In this document: positions 9,222 to 18,458 of the stretch, piece after piece
How the letters are laid out: the number at the start of each line of letters is the position of its first letter
Position numbering within the stretch: position 1 is the first letter of the stretch
From: Acutalibacteraceae bacterium
Lineage (GTDB): Bacteria; Bacillota; Clostridia; Oscillospirales; Acutalibacteraceae
NCBI GenBank assembly: GCA_045639785.1
Contig: JAZUDT010000002.1
Coordinates: forward strand, 4,121 to 68,120
Reading direction: 5' to 3'
Length of the DNA: 64,000 bases
Notes under the pieces: model-generated
Told to the model about the DNA's origin: nothing
The model's input: only the letters and a program-made list of their open reading frames with translations
Databases searched by the model: none
Translations under genes and position numbers: made by a program

Positions 9222-9914
9222 TTAAAAGCGTTTCTTTTTACTCTTCTTTTCTTTTTCCGCAATATACTTTACACCTTTTTTGTCTGCGGCAAGAATGAGC
9301 ACGTCCTTTCTTTCGAGTCTTCTGCTTTTCAGAATTTCATCAAGCTTTTTTTCGTCAAGAGCACAGCCGGAAAAGCTCTCGCTTATTATTCTTCCGTCAC
9401 TGACTATGACAAACGGGATTCCGTTATTTTCGGTTTTAATGCCGATGTCTTCCGCTTTCGGCGGACTTTTTTCGTCCTTGAGCTTGACACTGAGCTGTCC
9501 GTTTGTCTCAACATAAGCGTATTCCACCTCGCTTATGTCAAACGCTCCGTTAATTCTCAGCCCTTCCGTCAGGTCATCGACAGTCAGTCTTGTTTTTTTC
9601 AGTATTTTTTCGTCAATTTTTCCGTCATTTATCACAAGCAGAGAATTGCCCTGAATAAGGTGCCTGAATTTCGGAAGCTTCAATGTGACAAACGACATAA
9701 GTATTTCAAGCACCACCAGAAAGACTATTATAGCCAGCGACTGAACAAACGGAATATCTCTGTTTTCAATCGGCATAACGGCTATCTCCGATATGAGTAT
9801 TGTGATTACAAGGTCTGCCGGCTGAAGCTGACCTATCTCTCTTTTGCCCATGAGACGCACGCTGATTATCAAAAGAAAATACACTACCGAGCTTCTCAGA
9901 AGAAGATTGAGCAT
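9222..9914 (-). CDS. YetF/DUF421-family membrane protein
   Basis: MLNLLLRSSVVYFLLIISVRLMGKREIGQLQPADLVITILISEIA is the typical DUF421 N-terminus. The start at 9914 is preceded by GGAGGG. Confidence 0.7.
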   Translation of the reverse strand: MLNLLLRSSVVYFLLIISVRLMGKREIGQLQPADLVITILISEIAVMPIENRDIPFVQSLAIIVFLVVLEILMSFVTLKLPKFRHLIQGNSLLVINDGKIDEKILKKTRLTVDDLTEGLRINGAFDISEVEYAYVETNGQLSVKLKDEKSPPKAEDIGIKTENNGIPFVIVSDGRIISESFSGCALDEKKLDEILKSRRLERKDVLILAADKKGVKYIAEKEKKSKKKRF

Positions 9915-9987
9915 AAATATCCCTCCCGTAAGATTATTGAAAGCTTTTCGTGTTATATGCAGTGAAAAATTTACCTTACGCATACCG

Positions 9988-10015
9988 CATATTTAACGCC
10001 GTTTTCTCATAGTAT
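9988..10015 (+). promoter_or_regulatory. candidate sigma-E (mother-cell) promoter of spoIIID
   Basis: CATATT (9988-9993), a 14-nt spacer, then CATAGTAT (10008-10015). This resembles the Bacillus sigma-E consensus (ATATT-14-CATACAnT) and lies 29 nt upstream of the spoIIID ATG. Confidence 0.5.
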
Positions 10016-10043
10016 TGAGTGTAAAATACTTTGGAGGAAAATT

Positions 10044-10307
10044 ATGAAAGCCGATAATGAAGACAGAGCCGTGCGCCTTGCCCGCTACATAATAAAAAAT
10101 AACGCCACCGTCAGACAAACGGCGGCCTGGTCGGGGGTGTCAAAATCAACCGTGCACTCCGACGTAACAAAAAAGCTGTCGCAAAAGGACGGTGTGCTCT
10201 ATGAAAAGGTCAGAGCCGTTCTCGACGAAAACAAGGCGGAAAGACACATGAGGGGCGGACTTGCCACAAAGGAAAAATGGAAAAATAAATATACGGAAGA
10301 GGAATAA
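10044..10307 (+). CDS. spoIIID: sporulation transcriptional regulator SpoIIID
   Basis: 87 aa. RAVRLARYIIKNNATVRQTAAWSGVSKSTVHSDVTKKL...KAERHMRGGLATKEKW closely matches the conserved SpoIIID HTH and C-terminal basic region. Confidence 0.92.
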   Translation: MKADNEDRAVRLARYIIKNNATVRQTAAWSGVSKSTVHSDVTKKLSQKDGVLYEKVRAVLDENKAERHMRGGLATKEKWKNKYTEEE

Positions 10308-10337
10308 TAACGTATAAGTTGTGCTGTTTAAGACAGA

Positions 10338-10378
10338 AAGAACGGTTTTAAGGCTCTCTCAGCCTTAAAACCGTTCTT
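10338..10378. terminator. bidirectional terminator between spoIIID and iolG
   Basis: An 18-bp perfect stem, aagaacggttttaaggct / agccttaaaaccgttctt, with a 5-nt loop between the convergent genes. Confidence 0.7.
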
Positions 10379-10393
10379 GTATTATTAAGATAA

Positions 10394-11404
10394 TCAGATT
10401 TCAGAGAGAAGCACCGGTCTGTGCTCTTTCACCGACTTTTTAGCCGCAAGTCCGATTTTCACGCTCTGCATACCTGCGTGAATACCGACGGGGACTTCCT
10501 CATCGTTTTCACAGGCGTTGACGAACTGACGCATTTCCTCAGAGAAGGATTCCATGTATCTCTCAAGGAAGAAGAAGAGGGGCTTTTCACCCGTTACTCC
10601 GTCAGCGTTTGAGATAACTGCCGATGAAAGGGTGTCGTTCGATGTAGCAACCATTCCCTTTGAACCGAAAAGCTCCGCTCTCTGGTCATAGCCGTATGCC
10701 GCTCTTCTGGAGTTGTCAATGACCGCAAGTGCGCCGTTTGACATTTTCATTGTGATAATGGCTGTATCGACATCGCCCTGCTCGCCGATAGCGGGGTCAA
10801 CAAGCACTGCCGAATTGACATAGATTTCTTCGACGTCGCTGTTTGTCAAAAAGCACGCCATATCAAAATCATGGATTGTCATATCGAGGAATATGCCGCC
10901 CGAAACGGCAATGTATTTCGGATTGGGAGGCTCAGGGTCTCTCGAGGTTATTTTGAGAATATGGGCTTCGCCGATTTTGCCCTCGTCGTATGCCTTACGC
11001 ACAGCCGCAAAGTTATGGTCAAAGCGGCGGTTGAAGCCAACCTGGAATTTAATGCCCGGGTGAGCAGCAAGAGCATCTGCGACAGCCTGTATTTTCTCAA
11101 CGGAATGGTCAACGGGCTTTTCACAGAAAACGTGCTTGCCGGCGTTTATCGCTTCAATCGAAATCTGAGCGTGTGTATCGGTTGAGGAACAGACTAAGAC
11201 TGCGTCGATTGTTTCGTCCGATAAAATTTCTTTATAGTCCTTGCAGATTTTCTCAACGCCGAAGCTTTTAATGAATTTCTCCGTCTCTTCGCTGAGATAC
11301 GGCTCGGCAACAGCCTTGACCGTTGCATTTTTGACGTGGTAGGAAATTGACTCAAGATGAACCTTGCCGATTCTTCCTGCGCCGATAATACCGATGTTTA
11401 ACAT
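10394..11404 (-). CDS. iolG: inositol 2-dehydrogenase (Gfo/Idh/MocA family)
   Basis: MLNIGIIGAGRIGKVHLESI Rossmann N-terminus, 336 aa, last gene of an iol operon. Confidence 0.8.
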   Translation of the reverse strand: MLNIGIIGAGRIGKVHLESISYHVKNATVKAVAEPYLSEETEKFIKSFGVEKICKDYKEILSDETIDAVLVCSSTDTHAQISIEAINAGKHVFCEKPVDHSVEKIQAVADALAAHPGIKFQVGFNRRFDHNFAAVRKAYDEGKIGEAHILKITSRDPEPPNPKYIAVSGGIFLDMTIHDFDMACFLTNSDVEEIYVNSAVLVDPAIGEQGDVDTAIITMKMSNGALAVIDNSRRAAYGYDQRAELFGSKGMVATSNDTLSSAVISNADGVTGEKPLFFFLERYMESFSEEMRQFVNACENDEEVPVGIHAGMQSVKIGLAAKKSVKEHRPVLLSEI

Positions 11405-11437
11405 AATTTATCTCCCTTTCAGATATTCTTTTCAAAA

Positions 11438-12943
11438 TCAGATTGTGCCGTCCCATGTGCTGACGTTTGTTGAGGTTTTTTCCTCCTCGTCGAACCAGCG
11501 TGTTGTCACGCACTTTGACTCGGTGTAGAAGCGGTAGCCGTCCTTGCCCAGACAGTGCTGGTCACCGAAGAATGAAAGCTTGTGCCCTGAGAACGGGAAG
11601 AAACCGATGGGTACGGGGATACCGACGTTTACGCCGACCATACCGCCGTCGGTGTGACGGGTGAATTCTCTTGCGAAATATCCGTTCTGCGTGAAAATGA
11701 CCGAGCCGTTTGCATACGGATTGCCGTTCATCTTTGCAAGACCGTCACTGAAGTCCTTGCATCTCTTTATGCAGAGAACGGGTCCGAACACTTCGTCTCT
11801 GCCGATTGTCATGTCGTCTTCAACACGGTCAAATATTGTCGGTCCGACATAGTAGCCGTTTTCATAGCCCTCAACAACGCAGTTTCTGCCGTCGAGGACA
11901 AGCTCTGCGCCCTCTCTGACGCCTTTTTCTATATCGGCGATAACCTCGTCATAATGCTTTTTGTATGTAATGGGACCGAGCTTTGACGTTTTGTCGTATG
12001 CGGGTCCGACCTTTATCTGTGATGCCTGCTTTTTAAGCTCCTCAACAAATTCGTCGGCAATGCTCTCTTCGACGACACAGCATGAGAGAGCCATACATCT
12101 CTGACCGGCACAGCCGAAAGCTGAGTTTATAACTCCGGCAACAGTTCTCTGAATGGGAGTGTCGCTCATGACAAGGGCATGATTCTTTGCCTGCGTGAGA
12201 CACTGAACACGCTTGCCGTTCTTTGCCGCTTTTTCATATATAAGTCTGCCGACCGGTGTTGAGCCGACAAAAGTGATTCCCTTTATATCGGGATGCTCAA
12301 GAAGAACATCAATTTCGTTTCTTGAACAGGTAACAATATTCACAACGCCGTCCGGCATACCCGCCTCTTTATAGAGAGCGGCTATTCTCAGAGCTGTTCT
12401 CGGTGTGAGTGACGCCGCCTTGAGAACAATGGTATTGCCGCAGGCAACGCATACGGGAGTCATCCAGCCGAAGGGAATCATTGCGGGGAAATTGACCGGC
12501 ACTATTCCGGCAAAAACGCCGAGCGGCTCACGGTAGAGCACTGTGTCATACCCTTTTGATGCGTCCATTGTGCTCTCGCCCATCATGAGCGACGGCACCT
12601 GACAGGCAAGCTCCGTGCCCTCCTTGGCCTTAAGCACGTCGCCCTCCGCCTCAGACCAGCACTTGCCGTTTTCCTCGGCGACAAGGTGAGTCAGCTCCTC
12701 CATGTGCTCAATGAGAAGGTCTCTGACCTTATAGAGAATCTGTGAGCGTTTAATCGCCGGTGTTGCGCTCCATGAGGGGAATGCGGCTTTTGCCGCCGCA
12801 ACGGCCTCGTTGACCTCCTCTGACGTACAGCAGGGGGCATAGCCCGTGACCTCGCCCGTTGAGGGATTATGCAGGTCATAGTATTTGTCGGTTTTCGATT
12901 CGACAAACTGACCGTTTACAAAATATTTTAATTTTTCAGGCAT
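11438..12943 (-). CDS. iolA: methylmalonate-semialdehyde dehydrogenase (CoA-acylating)
   Basis: 501-aa aldehyde dehydrogenase with a catalytic Cys region (FGCAGQRCMA) and an MmsA/IolA-like N-terminus (KYFVNGQFVESKTDKYYDLHNPSTGEV). It lies in iol operon context. Confidence 0.85.
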   Translation of the reverse strand: MPEKLKYFVNGQFVESKTDKYYDLHNPSTGEVTGYAPCCTSEEVNEAVAAAKAAFPSWSATPAIKRSQILYKVRDLLIEHMEELTHLVAEENGKCWSEAEGDVLKAKEGTELACQVPSLMMGESTMDASKGYDTVLYREPLGVFAGIVPVNFPAMIPFGWMTPVCVACGNTIVLKAASLTPRTALRIAALYKEAGMPDGVVNIVTCSRNEIDVLLEHPDIKGITFVGSTPVGRLIYEKAAKNGKRVQCLTQAKNHALVMSDTPIQRTVAGVINSAFGCAGQRCMALSCCVVEESIADEFVEELKKQASQIKVGPAYDKTSKLGPITYKKHYDEVIADIEKGVREGAELVLDGRNCVVEGYENGYYVGPTIFDRVEDDMTIGRDEVFGPVLCIKRCKDFSDGLAKMNGNPYANGSVIFTQNGYFAREFTRHTDGGMVGVNVGIPVPIGFFPFSGHKLSFFGDQHCLGKDGYRFYTESKCVTTRWFDEEEKTSTNVSTWDGTI

Positions 12944-12967
12944 TTCAAATTCTTCCTTTCGTGAAAA

Positions 12968-13864
12968 TTAAAGTCCTGTTTTTTCCGCTATGTATTTTCT
13001 CGCCTTAACCGCATACTCAAAGGGATTGGCTATTGCGGGGTCCTGCTCTGCTTCAACAAGAAGCCAGCCCTCGTAGCCCGCCTCGTCGAGAATATCGAAA
13101 ACGGGTTTGAAGTCGATTGCGCCGTCACCGGGCACTGTGAATGCACCCATTCTCACGCCCTGCAAAAATGACTTATGACCGTCCTTAACCTGTCTGACGA
13201 TTTCGGGACGCACGTCCTTGAGATGAACGTGCTTTATCCTCTTTGCGTACTTTTTAAGAACGTTAAGATAATCCTCGCCGCAGTAGGCAAGATGACCTGT
13301 ATCAAAGAGAAGATAGACAGCCTCGCTGTCGCACATTTCCATCATGCGGTCGATTTCCTCTGCCGTCTGAACAACAGTACCCATGTGATGATGATAGACG
13401 AGAGTTATGCCGTATTCCTTTGCGATGTTGCCGAGGCGTGAAAGACCGTCGGTAAATCTCTTCCACTCGCTGTCATTCATGACGTATTTCTTTTCAAATA
13501 CGGGAGTGTCCATCTGCCCCTGAATGCTGTAGCTCTGCTCCGAAGCACCTATGCGCTTTGCGCCGCAGGCTCTGAGAAATTCGCAGTTTTCTCTGAAATC
13601 CTTTTCTACCTCTTCAAAGGGCTTTGTGAGAATGAATGAAGAGAACCAGCGGTTTGCTATTTCAAGACCTCTTATGTCGAGGTATCTGTGCATTTCTTCC
13701 GCTGTCTTGGGGTACTTGTTGCCGATTTCACAGCCCTTGTAGCCGGCAAGAGCCATTTCGGAAACGCACTGTTCAAACGTGTTCTCACTGCCGAGGTCGG
13801 GCATATCGTCATTTGTCCAGCCTATCGGGGCAATACCGAGTTTAACTTTATTCTTATCAAGCAT
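12968..13864 (-). CDS. iolE: myo-inosose-2 dehydratase
   Basis: Xylose-isomerase-like TIM barrel. [25 protein letters not shown] is the typical IolE N-terminus. The ATG at 13862-13864 overlaps the iolD TAA by 1 nt. Confidence 0.85.
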   Translation of the reverse strand: MLDKNKVKLGIAPIGWTNDDMPDLGSENTFEQCVSEMALAGYKGCEIGNKYPKTAEEMHRYLDIRGLEIANRWFSSFILTKPFEEVEKDFRENCEFLRACGAKRIGASEQSYSIQGQMDTPVFEKKYVMNDSEWKRFTDGLSRLGNIAKEYGITLVYHHHMGTVVQTAEEIDRMMEMCDSEAVYLLFDTGHLAYCGEDYLNVLKKYAKRIKHVHLKDVRPEIVRQVKDGHKSFLQGVRMGAFTVPGDGAIDFKPVFDILDEAGYEGWLLVEAEQDPAIANPFEYAVKARKYIAEKTGL

Positions 13865-15780
13865 TAATATTTCCTCGCTTTGCTTAAATTTTCTTCTTTT
13901 TGTTCGTATGCGCTTCTGACGCCGGACATCTCGCTCGTCGAGGCTATGCCGACGTGCCACCATGCACCGTAGCCATCCGTCATTGATTTGGGCAGTACCT
14001 TTATATCAATGAGGGTTGAAACGCTCTGCTTTTTTGCGTCCTCAAGGGCAAATCTCAGCTCGTCAAGAGTTCTTGCGGTGTAGGTCTTTGCGCCGTAGCC
14101 CCTTGCGCTCATGGCATAGTCGATTTTCATAATATCGCCCAGAAGTCTGCCGTTTTCGTCTCTCTTTCTGAACTCGGTGGCAAGATTGCCGATTCCGTTG
14201 CCCATCTGGAGATTATTGATACAGCCGAAGCCTGCATTATCGAAGATGAGAACATTTATCTTTTTGCCCTCCTGAATGGAGGTGACAAGCTCGGAGTGAA
14301 GCATGAGATAGCTTCCGTCACCGGCAAAGGCATAAACCTGTTTTGTGTCGTCGGCAAGCTTTGCGCCGAATGCTCCGGCAATTTCATAGCCCATGCAGGA
14401 ATAGCCGTATTCCATATTGTATGAATACCGTGCGTCCGTTGTCCACATTCTCTGCATATCGCCCGGAAGTGACCCCGCCGCCGCAACCGCAACGGCATCG
14501 CTTTCGATATTTTCTCTTATGAATGCAAGTGCCTGAGTCTGTGTGAGCGCGCTGCCGTAAAGCTCAACAAATTCAGGTATGGTCTTTTCGTATCTCGCTT
14601 TGATGAGAGGCTCAAAGTCCTTATCATATTTGTATTCGGAGAGGAACTTCATCTCCTTTGCCCACTCGCTCTTGGCTTTTTCTATTTCATCGCCGTAGGA
14701 AGCCTTGTAGCCCTTTTTCTCAAGAGCGTTTTCAAGCTTCTCTATCGCTATCTTTGCGTCGGCAACACATTTGACTGCGTCAAGCTTATATGCGTCAAAG
14801 CGGTCGGTGTTGATTGTGACTACCTTTGCATTTGCGAAAAGGGATTTTGAAGCCGTCGTGAAATCGGAAAAGCGTGTGCCCACACCGATTATCACATCTG
14901 CGTCCTTTGCAATTACGTTAGCCGAATAATTGCCCGTCACGCCCACGCCGCCGAGATTGTATGCGTGAGAGGAAAGCACTGCGCTTTTGCCCGACTGCGT
15001 TTCGGCAAACGGAATATTGAATTTTTCACAGAATTTTTCGACCGACTCGCCCGCTTCGGAGTATCTCACTCCGCCGCCGGCTATCAGAAGCGGCTTTTTC
15101 GCAGAGGCTATTACTGCGGCTATATCTTCAATTTCTTCATCTGCGGGATTGATTCTTGTTATTCTGTGCACTCTCTTTTCAAAAAAGCTTTCGGGGAAGT
15201 CGTAGCTTTCACCCTCAACGTCCTGACAAAGTGCGATGCATACCGCTCCGGCATTTGAGGTGTCGGTCAGACAGCGCATTGCATTTATCATTGCACTCAT
15301 CAGGTGCTCGGGTCTTGCTATTCTGTCAAAATAACGGCAAACCGCTCTGTATGCGTCATTCGTCGTCACCGTCAGAGAATAGCTCTGCTCAAACTGCTGC
15401 AAAACGGGGTCGGGCTGACGTGTGGAAAACGTGTCCGCCGGAAAAAGAAGAAGCGGAATATTATTCACCGTTGCCGTTGCGGCGGCAGTGACCATGTTTG
15501 CCGCTCCGGGGCCTATTGATGATGAACAGGCGATTATCTTTCTGCGGTTGTTCTGCTTTGCAAAAGCTGTTGCCGCATGAGCCATTCCCTGCTCATTCTT
15601 GCCCTGAAACACCTTTAGTGAGCCGGGATTTTCGTCAAGTGCCTGACCTAAGCCGCATACGATTCCGTGACCGAATACGGTGAAAATGCCCTCAACGAAT
15701 TTTGTCTCTTTTCCGTCAAAGGAAACATACTGATTATCAAGAAATTTTACGAGTGCCTGTGCTGTTGTCATTTTCGGCAT
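13864..15780 (-). CDS. iolD: 3D-(3,5/4)-trihydroxycyclohexane-1,2-dione acylhydrolase (TPP-dependent)
   Basis: 638-aa TPP enzyme with a GDGSYLM thiamine-diphosphate motif and an [17 protein letters not shown]-terminus typical of IolD. Confidence 0.88.
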   Translation of the reverse strand: MPKMTTAQALVKFLDNQYVSFDGKETKFVEGIFTVFGHGIVCGLGQALDENPGSLKVFQGKNEQGMAHAATAFAKQNNRRKIIACSSSIGPGAANMVTAAATATVNNIPLLLFPADTFSTRQPDPVLQQFEQSYSLTVTTNDAYRAVCRYFDRIARPEHLMSAMINAMRCLTDTSNAGAVCIALCQDVEGESYDFPESFFEKRVHRITRINPADEEIEDIAAVIASAKKPLLIAGGGVRYSEAGESVEKFCEKFNIPFAETQSGKSAVLSSHAYNLGGVGVTGNYSANVIAKDADVIIGVGTRFSDFTTASKSLFANAKVVTINTDRFDAYKLDAVKCVADAKIAIEKLENALEKKGYKASYGDEIEKAKSEWAKEMKFLSEYKYDKDFEPLIKARYEKTIPEFVELYGSALTQTQALAFIRENIESDAVAVAAAGSLPGDMQRMWTTDARYSYNMEYGYSCMGYEIAGAFGAKLADDTKQVYAFAGDGSYLMLHSELVTSIQEGKKINVLIFDNAGFGCINNLQMGNGIGNLATEFRKRDENGRLLGDIMKIDYAMSARGYGAKTYTARTLDELRFALEDAKKQSVSTLIDIKVLPKSMTDGYGAWWHVGIASTSEMSGVRSAYEQKEENLSKARKY

Positions 15781-15797
15781 ATAGCGTCAGCCTCCTT

Positions 15798-16568
15798 TTA
15801 TAAATTTACGAGCCATTCATGCTCCGGACTTACGAATCTTGTTGTTTTGAACCAGGGGTCGCCCTCAAGGTGCCTTATGAGCCAGACGTAATACATCTCA
15901 TAGCCGGGTGCCGCCGCCTGCTGGTGGTCGTTTCCGCTCGTTATATAACAGACCGAGCCGTCCTTTGTCTTGAAAACGTCCTCGCCGTTGAAGCAGGCAC
16001 CGAAGCCCTGCGGCTTATCGAACTCATAGTAATACACCTCCGGCTGAGGGTGGTGGTGCGGCGGATAGCTTGACCATTTTCCCGCCTTTGTGAATACCTC
16101 GCCGAGAACCATATTTGAATAAGGTGCATTGTCATAGTCAAACAGGGTGGAGACAACTCTGTGCCCTGCCCCGCCCCACTGACCTTTTCCGAATTCCTGA
16201 TAGAGGCAGTTCTCGGGGGTATAGAAATGAGCGGAGAATATTTTTTCGTTATCCGTCTGCTCAATAATCACTCTGCTCTCGCAAAGTGCCTCGACCGTGA
16301 ACTCTGTCTCACGGCAAACGTGAAGCGCATAGGGCTTAAGGTCAAACGGATTTTTTCTTTCACATTCCCGGCTCTCCGCTCCCCAGAGAAACCTGATTTT
16401 TCCCGAAAGGAGCATAACAGCCGTCTCGTTATTCTTATCGCAGAGAGTGAATTTTTCGCCCGCTTTAAGCTTTCGCACATATATATTCATCAGCATTTCG
16501 GAGTGCACGCCGTTCATTTCGCACAGCGTTTTCACTCCGTTTTCATCAAACTGAGGATATTCCAGCAT
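15798..16568 (-). CDS. iolB: 5-deoxy-glucuronate isomerase
   Basis: 256-aa cupin-like protein placed between iolC and iolD. It carries the SSYPPHHH motif of IolB. Confidence 0.8.
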   Translation of the reverse strand: MLEYPQFDENGVKTLCEMNGVHSEMLMNIYVRKLKAGEKFTLCDKNNETAVMLLSGKIRFLWGAESRECERKNPFDLKPYALHVCRETEFTVEALCESRVIIEQTDNEKIFSAHFYTPENCLYQEFGKGQWGGAGHRVVSTLFDYDNAPYSNMVLGEVFTKAGKWSSYPPHHHPQPEVYYYEFDKPQGFGACFNGEDVFKTKDGSVCYITSGNDHQQAAAPGYEMYYVWLIRHLEGDPWFKTTRFVSPEHEWLVNL

Positions 16569-16581
16569 TTTTACGCCTCCG

Positions 16582-17598
16582 TTACGCCCTTGCGACCATT
16601 TCTCCGTATTCGGCTTTTTCTTTTGCTATGAACTCTCTGACCTGTTCGACATTCGGCATATCCTGCGAGCAGGCGTGGGAAGCGACAAGCATTGCCGCCG
16701 AAGCCGAGCCGAATTCAAGGCAGTCGATTATTTCTTTCTCCTCAAAGAGGCTGTAAAGAAATGCGGAGGTATATCCGTCGCCGCCGCCGAATGATTTGAG
16801 AAGCTTGACGGGGAACGGCTTTATCGAAAAGCTCTGACCGTCGTTTGTGTATGCGGTTGAGCCGTCCTTTCCGTGCGTGACGATAACGATTTTTGCGCCC
16901 TTTCCGTGCCAATATGCGGCTGAGGCTTTATCTGTACCGTCAAGTCCTATAAGTCCCTCACAAAGGTCATATTCCTCTCTTGAACCGATTATCATATCCG
17001 CATTTGAAGCAACAAGCGAATAATAGACGGCTATCTCGTCCTTGTTCTTCCAGTTGTACGCTCTGTAGTCAAGAACGAAGATGACGGGGATATTGTTCTT
17101 CTTCGCAAGAAGCATAGCCTTGAGAGAGGCCTCTCTCGACGGGCTTTCCGCAAGCGCAACACCCGAAATAAGCACAGCCGCACCCTGCTTTATATATTCC
17201 TCGTCAATATCTTCACACTCAAGCTTGAGGTCAGCCGCTTCGTTTCTGTACATAACGATACTCGACTCTGTCTCTGACTTGATTTCGGTAAATGTGAGAC
17301 CTGTTTTTTCGCCGTTTTTACAGCGGACTATTCTTGAGGTGTCAATCCCCTCTTTTTTGAAAAAGTCAGTAACGAATGTGCCGAACTGGTCATCGGACAC
17401 TCTTGCGAAAAATCCGCATTTTTTACCCAGTCTTGCAAGACCGACGGCAATATTTGCGGGTGAGCCACCGAGGTAGCGTTTAAAAGTCGTGCTCTCGTTT
17501 AAGGGGCAGTAATAGTCAACGGGGTTGAAATCAACCGCAACTCTGCCCACGAGAATTAAATCGTACTTTTTGCTTTTGTCAAATTCAATGTACTTCAT
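16582..17598 (-). CDS. iolC: 5-dehydro-2-deoxygluconokinase (PfkB family)
   Basis: PfkB ribokinase-like sequence (GGSPANIAVGLARLG; GGGDGYTSAF). I prefer the start MKYIEFDK at 17598, preceded by GGAG at 7 nt. The ORF-track start at 17631 would overlap iolJ. Confidence 0.85.
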   Translation of the reverse strand: MKYIEFDKSKKYDLILVGRVAVDFNPVDYYCPLNESTTFKRYLGGSPANIAVGLARLGKKCGFFARVSDDQFGTFVTDFFKKEGIDTSRIVRCKNGEKTGLTFTEIKSETESSIVMYRNEAADLKLECEDIDEEYIKQGAAVLISGVALAESPSREASLKAMLLAKKNNIPVIFVLDYRAYNWKNKDEIAVYYSLVASNADMIIGSREEYDLCEGLIGLDGTDKASAAYWHGKGAKIVIVTHGKDGSTAYTNDGQSFSIKPFPVKLLKSFGGGDGYTSAFLYSLFEEKEIIDCLEFGSASAAMLVASHACSQDMPNVEQVREFIAKEKAEYGEMVARA

Positions 17599-17608
17599 CT
17601 CAATCTCC

Positions 17609-18445
17609 TTATCTGTTATTGAATATTTCAATATGCTTTTTCACATTTTCATACACGCCCTCGCTCATTTGAGATGAGAGAGCGAAATAATCCGGAGTCG
17701 CTGAACTGCCGCAATATGCTTTTGCAGAGCGTGCAAGGCTGTCAAATGAAGCCGTAGCGATATTGATTTTGCGTATTCCGAGATTTATTGAACGGGTGAA
17801 CATTTCCGCCGTTATCCCCGTTCCGCCGTGAAGAACAAGGGGAACAGAAACCGCCTTGTTGATTTTTTCGAGAATATCAAAGCGAAGAGACGGCAAAACG
17901 GGATAATTGCCGTGAGCGTTGCCTATTGCAACGGCAAGACAGTTGATTTTTGTTTCTTCACAGAAGCGTTTTGCCACCTCGGGGTCGGTGCAGGTTATGA
18001 CGTGTTCCTGAGTGTCGCCCTCATTTCCGCCGACAACACCGAGCTCCGCTTCAACGGTTGCGCCCGTTTCTGCGGCAAGCGCAACGACCTCCTTCGTCCT
18101 TTTTATATTCTCCTCAAGTGGCAGAAGTGAAAGGTCAAGCATAACCGACGTGAAGCCGAAATCAAGTGCTTTTCGTATGCATTCGGGCGTCAGTCCGTGA
18201 TCAAGGTGAACGGCTATATCCACACTCGAATTTCTCGCCGCCGAAATCATCATCGGAGCCATCAGCTCAAGGGGCGAATTGAGAAGCCTTTTTTCCGCTA
18301 TCTGGAGAATAATCGGCGTGTTAGTCTCTTCGGCCGCTCTGACTGCGCCCATGACCATTTCCATATTGCCGACGCTGAATGCGCCGACAGCTTTGTTTTC
18401 TTTTTCCGCTCTTTCAAGAAGAGCTTTCATTTTTACCAGAGGCAT
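17609..18445 (-). CDS. iolJ: class II aldolase, 6-phospho-5-dehydro-2-deoxy-D-gluconate aldolase
   Basis: 278-aa class II FBP-aldolase family protein (GAFSVGNMEMV, HLDHG, LVLHGGTG). It is the first gene of the iol cluster. Confidence 0.75.
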   Translation of the reverse strand: MPLVKMKALLERAEKENKAVGAFSVGNMEMVMGAVRAAEETNTPIILQIAEKRLLNSPLELMAPMMISAARNSSVDIAVHLDHGLTPECIRKALDFGFTSVMLDLSLLPLEENIKRTKEVVALAAETGATVEAELGVVGGNEGDTQEHVITCTDPEVAKRFCEETKINCLAVAIGNAHGNYPVLPSLRFDILEKINKAVSVPLVLHGGTGITAEMFTRSINLGIRKINIATASFDSLARSAKAYCGSSATPDYFALSSQMSEGVYENVKKHIEIFNNR

Positions 18446-18458
18446 ACGCTTTCACCTC

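Noticed and set aside
9105-9965. 286-aa plus-strand ORF
   Set aside because: It is antisense to the well-supported DUF421/YetF gene and the neighbouring membrane protein gene. The composition is F/S/R-rich, which is typical of a shadow ORF.
12968-13963. Long N-terminal extensions proposed by the ORF track. Examples are iolE to 13963, ArsR to 7330, EamA to 4855, recombinase to 54517, sigma to 50468 and M20 to 19997.
   Set aside because: The extensions are Arg/Lys-rich or run through upstream genes, promoters or repeats. In each case an internal Met with a good Shine-Dalgarno sequence coincides with the start of the conserved family N-terminus.
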